A stretch of DNA of 36,877 bases from an uncultured virus (IMG/VR IMGVR_UViG_3300021197_001002) (Duplodnaviria > Heunggongvirae > Uroviricota > Caudoviricetes): IMG/VR virus record IMGVR_UViG_3300021197_001002; one strand, 5' to 3'. Shown here one piece after another: positions 25,507-32,478 of this stretch; the stretch's first letter is position 1; each line of letters starts with the position of its first letter. The position numbers and the translations under genes are program-made. The notes beneath the pieces were generated by a model that made no database searches, had not been told where the DNA came from, and saw nothing but the letters and a program-made list of their open reading frames with translations.

Positions 25507-25530
25507 ATTTTCACTTCCTTGCTTTCACTC

Positions 25531-25553
25531 TTATTCTCTTTGCCGATTTATAA
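25531..25553 (-). promoter_or_regulatory. Conserved viral promoter element (copy 6)
   Basis: Exact 23-mer 24 nt upstream of ATG 25506. Confidence 0.85.
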
Positions 25554-25568
25554 AGGAGAGTTGCCGAA

Positions 25569-26243
25569 TCAAGCAACTCGTTGTGCAACATCTTGTATTC
25601 GCTGTTGCATAATGTTACGGGTATCAGGGTTGCGTATCGCATTCAATGCTTGCGTCATTGCATCCTCTCCTCCGTAAGTATCAAAGGAACGGCCTAAGTC
25701 CTGTTCCGTGATGTGTCCTAATGCTCTTGGGTTCTTCTCTCGTAGTGTATCGAGTTCACCTACTGATGTACCAAAGGCTGAACCTTTGGGTGCGCCTTGC
25801 GCTCGGAAAGGACCTGCGCCCCCTACGTCCACGTAGGAGAGTTCCCCTGTCGGTCTGCGTAGTGCGTTGTCGTTATGCATACCAAGCATATCCCAATTGC
25901 TGATTGTTGCATGAGGCACGAAGTCCTGTGTGAGTTGTTGTCTATCTCTACTTACATTCATGGGTAAAGCATCTTCTTCAAAGCGGGTTAGCATTGTTGG
26001 TTGCCCCTGTATGTTTCGTAGTTGTGCTTCGGGTACTGGTACGCCGAGTTCATTGAGGAATTGGTTCATGTCAAATTCATTGAGTATGTGCTGTGGGTGT
26101 GCGCCTCGCTTACCGACAAAGGAACCTTGTTCTGTATCGAATCGCCTCGCCCCTGTCGAACCGCCGAGTGGAGTACCCCTATTGTTTTGAATGAAAGCAA
26201 ATGCTTCATCCATTGGATTCCCCATGAAAGTATCACGCACCAT
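25569..26243 (-). CDS. Atypical kinase-fold protein (HipA/PI3-PI4 kinase-like)
   Basis: Gly loop LGGSTGA, FVGK, NE helix, LGVPVP, catalytic loop NWDMLGMHNDN and YVDVG (DxG). Confidence 0.7.
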   Translation of the reverse strand: MVRDTFMGNPMDEAFAFIQNNRGTPLGGSTGARRFDTEQGSFVGKRGAHPQHILNEFDMNQFLNELGVPVPEAQLRNIQGQPTMLTRFEEDALPMNVSRDRQQLTQDFVPHATISNWDMLGMHNDNALRRPTGELSYVDVGGAGPFRAQGAPKGSAFGTSVGELDTLREKNPRALGHITEQDLGRSFDTYGGEDAMTQALNAIRNPDTRNIMQQRIQDVAQRVA

Positions 26244-26249
26244 CTTGTA

Positions 26250-26837
26250 TTATACTTCTTCGTCTGTAGGGAAGTAAATGTCATCTGGTTTGTTACCTAT
26301 GACATCTGATAATGGTACATTCATTTGTTTAGCAATGCCCTCAAGATATTCTTTGGCATTGTTGTGAATCTCTACAACCTTTGGAGGTCGTTGATATGGG
26401 AAGGGTTCATCTTCGGGTATCAGTCCATCTAACTGTCCATCCACGAAAGCGGCGTATACGTTCTCGTATACATAGCCCTCTTCGTCTAAGATGTCCCAAT
26501 CCCAATCTTCCACCTTTGCATAGACTGATTTGTTACTCACATACATTGCTAATGGAATTAATGAAACCCATGATACAGGAACATCGAATGTTTCAGCAAT
26601 GTGCTCATATAATGCGTGTCCAATTAACCTTTTATCATAAGGGGTATCGAATATGAATTCAGATTGTGCGGCGTACATCGTGTGATGATATGCCTTCTCT
26701 TCTGTGAGTTTGAGTAGATTACCTTTGAGTTTTTCAAAGAGCAGTATTGCCTTTGATAATTCTTCATGTTCAATCTTGTCTAACGCTTTTAGCGAGACAT
26801 ACAGTTTACTTATCTTCTCTTCTAATATCCATTTCAT
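26250..26837 (-). CDS. Hypothetical protein
   Basis: 195-aa ORF with a GGAGG RBS and an ATGA overlap. Confidence 0.75.
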   Translation of the reverse strand: MKWILEEKISKLYVSLKALDKIEHEELSKAILLFEKLKGNLLKLTEEKAYHHTMYAAQSEFIFDTPYDKRLIGHALYEHIAETFDVPVSWVSLIPLAMYVSNKSVYAKVEDWDWDILDEEGYVYENVYAAFVDGQLDGLIPEDEPFPYQRPPKVVEIHNNAKEYLEGIAKQMNVPLSDVIGNKPDDIYFPTDEEV

Positions 26838-27121
26838 TCAATCAACCTCCGTAAGTCATCTGCTATTGTTTCGTACAAGTCGCCAATGTTAGAGCCGACA
26901 CAATCTAAGACGAACTGCATTTGTTCTTTGATACCTTCACGCAACCGCTTGACTTCTTCAAGAAGAAGTGGTGCGTCTGCTATGAGATGTTTGTCTGCTA
27001 TCAAGTATAATCCCGCATCGTCTGTTAATGGAGTGTTTCCAATTGCTTTTCGCACGATATTACCGTCTTTCCAACACCACAATCCTTCTGTGTGTCCTTC
27101 GTATTTGTCTGTGTCAATCAT
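26834..27121 (-). CDS. MIDTDK-family paralogue 4 (Ead/Ea22-like)
   Basis: MIDTDKYEGHTEGLW...LIADAPLLLEEVKRLRE; start trimmed to the shared ATG. Confidence 0.8.
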   Translation of the reverse strand: MIDTDKYEGHTEGLWCWKDGNIVRKAIGNTPLTDDAGLYLIADKHLIADAPLLLEEVKRLREGIKEQMQFVLDCVGSNIGDLYETIADDLRRLIE

Positions 27122-27410
27122 TCTTCTCACCCCAAACATAGTCATCAAAGTCCATCATCGCTGAATCATTGTGGAGAACTTGTTTGTAAGCCCATTTAGT
27201 CGCCCTTGCTAACTGTTCACTCAACCTCTTGATGTAAGCATATTGTTCGTCTGATTCTTCACGCAACCGCTTGACTTCTGCGAGCAGTAGTGGTGCATCA
27301 CTTACAAGTTTCCTGTCTGCATCTTCCGCCCATCGGGGGAGAACATTTGCGAACATTTGCCAACGCCCAATGTTCTCAATGTGTCCTTCGTATTTGTCTG
27401 TGTCAATCAT
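27114..27410 (-). CDS. MIDTDK-family paralogue 3 (Ead/Ea22-like)
   Basis: MIDTDKYEGHIEN...LVSDAPLLLAEVKRLRE. Confidence 0.8.
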   Translation of the reverse strand: MIDTDKYEGHIENIGRWQMFANVLPRWAEDADRKLVSDAPLLLAEVKRLREESDEQYAYIKRLSEQLARATKWAYKQVLHNDSAMMDFDDYVWGEKND

Positions 27411-27705
27411 TCTTCTCAACTCTCCCGTATGTGTATTGAAGCACCACTTGAATATGATTCTCAAGAAGCCATTGCTTCAATTCATTAAACTGCTTGACTT
27501 CTTCAAGGAGAAGTGGTGCGTCTGCTATGAGTGAAATGTTAGGGTGATGCTCAAGGTCATTGTCAGTAAAGTAAGATGTTTCAGTCACTCGCACCCCATA
27601 ACAACTTACGATGTCAATGTGTGAAACCTCATCATCGTAGGGTTGCCCTTCGGCAATTTGCCACGGTGCAGGTGAGTGTCCTTCGTATTTGTCTGTGTCA
27701 ATCAT
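27403..27705 (-). CDS. MIDTDK-family paralogue 2 (Ead/Ea22-like)
   Basis: MIDTDKYEGHSPAPW...NISLIADAPLLLEEVKQ, resembling the phage HTPGPW...NAxLIAxAP pattern. Confidence 0.8.
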   Translation of the reverse strand: MIDTDKYEGHSPAPWQIAEGQPYDDEVSHIDIVSCYGVRVTETSYFTDNDLEHHPNISLIADAPLLLEEVKQFNELKQWLLENHIQVVLQYTYGRVEKND

Positions 27706-27869
27706 TCAATCACCGCCTTCATTTGCTTTCGTAGTTCCTTGTATGATGATTGTGATTTAGCGAGTGCTTCCTTCTTAATCTCAAGTTCGTGTCGTAACCG
27801 CTTGACTTCTTTCTCTAATTCATCCAACGATACTCTCGCTGATTCTATCCATTTGTCTGTGTCAATCAT
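27702..27869 (-). CDS. MIDTDK-family paralogue 1, short form (55 aa, not in the ORF track)
   Basis: MIDTDKWIESARVSLDELEKEVKRLRHELEIKKEALAKSQSSYKELRKQMKAVIE; GGAGGTGA RBS. Confidence 0.8.
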   Translation of the reverse strand: MIDTDKWIESARVSLDELEKEVKRLRHELEIKKEALAKSQSSYKELRKQMKAVIE

Positions 27870-28087
27870 TCTGTCACCTCCAGATGTGATGGATGAGGTA
27901 AATTCACTTGTTTAATTGCTTTAACTGCGCCTATATTCCATCTGTCATCTATCATCTGTGCGAGTTCAAGGATGAGGTCTTTGTCAAAGTTGTAGTAGTT
28001 ATCATTCATTGCATCAATGAGTTGCCTTACAGTATCACCGTAGCCAATCATGTGCATCATTAAGTCAAACATTTCTTCGGTAATCAT
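27866..28087 (-). CDS. Hypothetical protein
   Basis: 73 aa ending LEVTE (GGAGGTGACAGAATGA). Confidence 0.7.
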   Translation of the reverse strand: MITEEMFDLMMHMIGYGDTVRQLIDAMNDNYYNFDKDLILELAQMIDDRWNIGAVKAIKQVNLPHPSHLEVTE

Positions 28088-28563
28088 TATTCCACACCTT
28101 CCAATTGCATGTCCAATGTGAGTGCGGGTCTGTTGCCCTCTAAGACATCGAGTAAGTCATTCTGTTCGCAGAAGTCAATCAATGGTTGTGTGTTCATGTT
28201 CGCATCAAACCATAGAGATATTCCGCCATTGTCTGCAAACGGATTGTGTGCTGTGAACTCCCATGTTTCAGTTCCCAACCAAAGGGTGTAGCCATCATCG
28301 AATCGTGTTACCGTAACGCTACGCTCGTACACCTTCTCAACGGAAGCGAACGACATGTACTTTGGTTTGACCGTCGTTAGTGTGTCCATGAGGAACGTCG
28401 GTGCTTGCATCTGTGTTGCGAAACCGTAGTCTCGGTTGACGGTTACGTTACCATAACCCTGTAGGTGAAGGTTGCCGTTGTTTACGACACGTACTTGTAT
28501 CACCGCACCATCTAAGTCTCTCATTTTCTTGTATTCATCTGTTGTATATTGTTCTTGTAACAT
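28087..28563 (-). CDS. Hypothetical protein
   Basis: 158 aa, beta-rich; first gene after promoter copy 7. Confidence 0.78.
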   Translation of the reverse strand: MLQEQYTTDEYKKMRDLDGAVIQVRVVNNGNLHLQGYGNVTVNRDYGFATQMQAPTFLMDTLTTVKPKYMSFASVEKVYERSVTVTRFDDGYTLWLGTETWEFTAHNPFADNGGISLWFDANMNTQPLIDFCEQNDLLDVLEGNRPALTLDMQLEGVE

Positions 28564-28585
28564 CTTTTCTCAACTCCTTTCATCT

Positions 28586-28608
28586 TTATTCTCTTTGCCG
28601 ATTTATAA
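28586..28608 (-). promoter_or_regulatory. Conserved viral promoter element (copy 7)
   Basis: Exact 23-mer 22 nt upstream of ATG 28563. Confidence 0.85.
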
Positions 28609-28613
28609 GGCTA

Positions 28614-28850
28614 TCATTCTTCCTCGCTAAGTATGTTCAGGGGAACGAATGAAGTCCTTGTAGGCAGTACTTTAGTGGGTGAAGTATCTTCAAGGCTCTT
28701 GAAAATCTCCCATCCTCGTGTGGTTTGTCTCACTAACGTACCTATCAGGTCTGCCTTGTCTCCTTCTACGTTTGTTATCTGATACCACGTAGATGAAATC
28801 TCTTCTATGTCATACCAATTGTTGTTCGCTACTTGTAATCTATGTTTCAT
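28614..28850 (-). CDS. Hypothetical protein
   Basis: 78-aa operon-packed ORF. Confidence 0.7.
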   Translation of the reverse strand: MKHRLQVANNNWYDIEEISSTWYQITNVEGDKADLIGTLVRQTTRGWEIFKSLEDTSPTKVLPTRTSFVPLNILSEEE

Positions 28851-28851
28851 T

Positions 28852-29055
28852 TTAAAATCTCCATTTCTTTCCTTCCATCGTTTCGACCTGTACCATACCT
28901 ATCCGTTTGAGGATGAATGGCATTTCTCGTGCTGTTGGAATGTAAGCGTATTTCTTATCGGATAGAACTCCGATTAGTTCATACGTAGACATGAAGGTAT
29001 GTGGTGCGCCTTTCAGTATACGTGTAATCATTTCATCACGGGTTATACCAACCAT
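28852..29055 (-). CDS. Small putative winged-helix DNA-binding protein
   Basis: Helix-MSTYELI-PTAREM helix followed by a beta hairpin ending KKWRF; the fold is inferred. Confidence 0.55.
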   Translation of the reverse strand: MVGITRDEMITRILKGAPHTFMSTYELIGVLSDKKYAYIPTAREMPFILKRIGMVQVETMEGKKWRF

Positions 29056-29056
29056 G

Positions 29057-29293
29057 TTAGTCCTCTCCCGTAAGTACTTTCATCTTTGTAGTACCTTTGT
29101 GTCCGAGTACCCATCGGAGTGCGTTACAAACGCCCTGCAATGCCTTGTAATCTCTCATGTGTTGCATCCTTTCCTTCGTAGGGATGCTTTGTTGATACGA
29201 CTGTGCCTTGTGTCCGTTCATTAACTGTTCAGACTCATCCAATAGTTGATGAATTTCTTCCCATGTTCTGTCGTATGTGTAGTGTTCAGTCAT
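29057..29293 (-). CDS. Hypothetical helical protein
   Basis: 78 aa with ALRWVLG; GGAGG RBS. Confidence 0.75.
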   Translation of the reverse strand: MTEHYTYDRTWEEIHQLLDESEQLMNGHKAQSYQQSIPTKERMQHMRDYKALQGVCNALRWVLGHKGTTKMKVLTGED

Positions 29294-29296
29294 CTT

Positions 29297-29518
29297 TTAT
29301 TCCTCCAATTGATAATCAAAGTACAGGAAAGCAATTGCTTCCGCTATTGTTTCGGGTGACATCCAATGATGACCACCAAATCCAACACGTATACTGCACC
29401 CACTTGTATCTTCCCATGCCTCTTCCAATCCTAAACCACAAGCGTGTTTACACGCTTTGTCGGCTTCTTCAAATCTATCGTGCGTTTTCCAATTTTCTAT
29501 ATTCCAACCCCATGTCAT
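29297..29518 (-). CDS. Hypothetical protein
   Basis: 73 aa; GGAGG RBS. Confidence 0.7.
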   Translation of the reverse strand: MTWGWNIENWKTHDRFEEADKACKHACGLGLEEAWEDTSGCSIRVGFGGHHWMSPETIAEAIAFLYFDYQLEE

Positions 29519-29555
29519 ACTTTAACCTCCATTGTATTGATGATAGTCATCAGAC

Positions 29556-31151
29556 TCACGCAGTAGCCTCGACCTCTTCCTTCTTCTTGACAATCATTGT
29601 AAGAGGTGTAGGCATATGTTCTGAATACTCTTGCACCTTCTTACGCAACGCAGGTTTCTTGAGGATAGAAACAAACATCGCTTGGGGTGTCTGCTCATCT
29701 TCAATGTATACATCAGGCTTGAGTTGTATATCCCATGTTCCTGTAGTTACATGTGCTTCGGGGAGTGCTACTTTCGCATTGAAATCTGAATCGAGTTCTT
29801 TGTGAATAGGAATCCCTGTGTCAGTAGATAGACCGACAGCATTGATGTTATCAGCGTATGCTTGAGCCGCTTGTTCAGAAGTGAATATATATGGAAGTGT
29901 AGTATTTGAATGACCTAACTTATACACATATACCCACGAACCATTCTTGTATACTTGGTCACGCTTGAGGTATGGCATGAGAACAAGTACTTGTTGGTAT
30001 TGTACCTTGTCCTTTGGAACCCAATAGTATGTGTGAATCTTTTGACCGTACTGTTCATTGGTACTCTTGATAGAGTACACCCATCCATTGATGGTGTCGC
30101 CAACCTTACGTTGCATTGAGTTGCTTAGGAGTACTTGCTCACGTACTCTATCAAGCCAACTCCATTGTTGCCACTCGAATGTACGACCACGACCTGCTGT
30201 TACTTGTCGGCATCGGCCACTCTTGACCATACGGTTGAGAGCCTTGTTGATTACTTTGATGACAAACTTATCACATACATTCTGCATGATGGCTCGCTCG
30301 TGTTGTACAAATTCAATGACCCTTCGATGTGTTGAATGGTTTTTATTCAGATGTTTATCGTTTGAATAGTAACTCGAACATAGTTTGTTGTTGTACAACT
30401 GTAGCCTTGATGGTCGCTTACCCTTGAAGTCCCATGTAAGTAGTTCAGGTGAACACACCCACCCTGAAACGTTGTATAGTGATGGGGAGTGTAACTCACA
30501 TGTACCATCCGTATGTGAACAATATCCACTTCCTGTTTTCTGATAGCCAACCTTATCAGGTATACATTGTAATACCTCTTGGGACATATCTACGTAGCCA
30601 TTATTGAACTCTCTATTAGAAGAAGTACTCTCTATGAACTCGGCGGGTACATCTATATCACCCATAAGTGTAGTAGCATAATAGTCATGCTGTTGTGTAA
30701 GAGCCGTGAGTACTGGACTACGTGCTGGTAAATCTTCAAAGACCCAATCAACAAGTGCTTGTAACTTACCCTTTCTTACGGGTGCTGTGTAATAGTTGTA
30801 TATATTTCCACGATGTAAATTCCATAGTACAGGTTCACCGCATACATTTTCGGGGTCCTTTCTGTAATATCCATCGGCAATCATTTGCGTATCGTAGAGA
30901 GCCGCCTTCCTTGTGCGCTCATTCAACATGTCCTTCGCCGTGAAGTGTTGGTCAGGTCCGAGTGAGACAAGTGTATACACAAGAGCCGCATCCATTGCAC
31001 ACCCCGCCCTTACTATGTCCATTGCCTTACCAATACCTAATGCGGTAATGGTTTCATCATCCGTGAACTGTAGTGTATCACCAATCAGTCCTTCTTGCTT
31101 CCATATATCTGCGCTTCTATATCCTGTAAAGTTTGTACTGTATCTTCCCAT
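29556..31151 (-). CDS. Large hypothetical protein (531 aa)
   Basis: Long ORF, first after promoter copy 8; no recognised catalytic motif. Confidence 0.85.
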   Translation of the reverse strand: MGRYSTNFTGYRSADIWKQEGLIGDTLQFTDDETITALGIGKAMDIVRAGCAMDAALVYTLVSLGPDQHFTAKDMLNERTRKAALYDTQMIADGYYRKDPENVCGEPVLWNLHRGNIYNYYTAPVRKGKLQALVDWVFEDLPARSPVLTALTQQHDYYATTLMGDIDVPAEFIESTSSNREFNNGYVDMSQEVLQCIPDKVGYQKTGSGYCSHTDGTCELHSPSLYNVSGWVCSPELLTWDFKGKRPSRLQLYNNKLCSSYYSNDKHLNKNHSTHRRVIEFVQHERAIMQNVCDKFVIKVINKALNRMVKSGRCRQVTAGRGRTFEWQQWSWLDRVREQVLLSNSMQRKVGDTINGWVYSIKSTNEQYGQKIHTYYWVPKDKVQYQQVLVLMPYLKRDQVYKNGSWVYVYKLGHSNTTLPYIFTSEQAAQAYADNINAVGLSTDTGIPIHKELDSDFNAKVALPEAHVTTGTWDIQLKPDVYIEDEQTPQAMFVSILKKPALRKKVQEYSEHMPTPLTMIVKKKEEVEATA

Positions 31152-31174
31152 TTAATCATCTCCTATTTTCATAC

Positions 31175-31197
31175 TTATTCTCTTTGCCGATTTATAA
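31175..31197 (-). promoter_or_regulatory. Conserved viral promoter element (copy 8)
   Basis: Exact 23-mer 23 nt upstream of ATG 31151. Confidence 0.85.
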
Positions 31198-31209
31198 ACC
31201 AACTCGGTT

Positions 31210-32478
31210 TCACTTCAACCCCGCCGCACAAGGATAGCAAGTGATTGCTTTTCCTGAAACGTTTATGTGTTTGATGAATCGTAGTTCCTTGCGCTTCAAG
31301 CATGAAGTGCATTGTGCTTTGGCAGGGACAAGTCTTGTTGGTGGCGAGAACTTTGTCATGTCTATCTCACGTATCTCACATGAGGCACATACTTCTGAAC
31401 CATCAACGAAGTCACCCACGTTTCTTTTCGTACCGCACTCCATACATTCCTCTTCCTTCTTCTTCTCGGCATCGTTGTGCATATCGTAATCACAATCCAT
31501 ACACATCTTGTCGTCGGTAATGAACTCACCATCACAAGCAGAACATGATGTAGGTGTATCAGGTTTCTTCATAGGTGCATTACAAGTGCCGCAGTTATCA
31601 AACTCATAGTCATCAGGATAGTATTCCGCACCGCATTGCCAACAGTTGTCTTGCATGGGTGGGGCATCATCATCCTCGTTTACGAAAGACCATTCCTCGG
31701 AGGCGAATACATCATCAAATATATCATCATCCTTAGCCAATGCTTTCTTCTGCTTGGCGTACTGTGTAGCGTAGTAACCATTGTATGAGTATTGACTTGC
31801 GTATGTAGCAATCTTACCCTCGCCTACATCAATACCACATACGTCTGCGATGTACTGTTGCTGTGAGTTAGTCTCGACAGCATGAGAACAATGTTTGTCT
31901 CGTACCCAATCAATGAGGTCAGCCGCAGTATCGTAACAAGCACGTACCTCATCGTTACCAAAGAGGTAACGGAAGATAGCCAACTGTACACCTGTACGAC
32001 CATGACCACCTGCACATTGAACTGATACAGATTTGATATTGTTCACTCGTATGTCATTGACAAGTGCATACCAAAAGGTAACACTCGAAGCAGGTATACC
32101 AAAGTCAGGGAAGTCCAACTTGATGAGTGTCTTAGGCACAGCCTTCACAATGTGAGAGAAGGCAGACCAATGCTTAGGTACACCAACTGTACCATCGTCG
32201 CTACTACTTGAACCACCCATAGTCTCGCTCGGACCCATAGCAAGTTCGGGAAGTGGAGACATCTTGTGCCACCCACCTGCTCGGTTCTTACCACCTGCCC
32301 ATACTTCAATACCATCATGAGTAGTGAAGATAAGTTTCTGTCCTGTGTGACAGGATGCTTTGCTTACGTGCGCTGTTGTTGTTGTCTTGTTTATCTTGTT
32401 CATGTTCTTCACCTTCTTATTGTTGTCCTTTCGCTTTTGCTTCCTCGTCGTCTTATTCTTCCTCTTGCCCATTGTCAT
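31210..32478 (-). CDS. CX5R phosphatase (PTP/DSP fold) with basic N-terminal tail and eight C-terminal CxxC pairs
   Basis: FPDFGIP (WPD-loop-like), QCAGGHGRTG and AVETNSQQQY (Q-loop); CWQC, CGTC, CSAC, CMDC, CMEC, CASC, CTSC, CYPC. Confidence 0.9.
   Translation of the reverse strand: MTMGKRKNKTTRKQKRKDNNKKVKNMNKINKTTTTAHVSKASCHTGQKLIFTTHDGIEVWAGGKNRAGGWHKMSPLPELAMGPSETMGGSSSSDDGTVGVPKHWSAFSHIVKAVPKTLIKLDFPDFGIPASSVTFWYALVNDIRVNNIKSVSVQCAGGHGRTGVQLAIFRYLFGNDEVRACYDTAADLIDWVRDKHCSHAVETNSQQQYIADVCGIDVGEGKIATYASQYSYNGYYATQYAKQKKALAKDDDIFDDVFASEEWSFVNEDDDAPPMQDNCWQCGAEYYPDDYEFDNCGTCNAPMKKPDTPTSCSACDGEFITDDKMCMDCDYDMHNDAEKKKEEECMECGTKRNVGDFVDGSEVCASCEIREIDMTKFSPPTRLVPAKAQCTSCLKRKELRFIKHINVSGKAITCYPCAAGLK

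Noticed and set aside
26834..27869. Diversity-generating retroelement
   Set aside because: No reverse transcriptase is in the window, and the differences are whole unalignable segments rather than adenine-specific substitutions.
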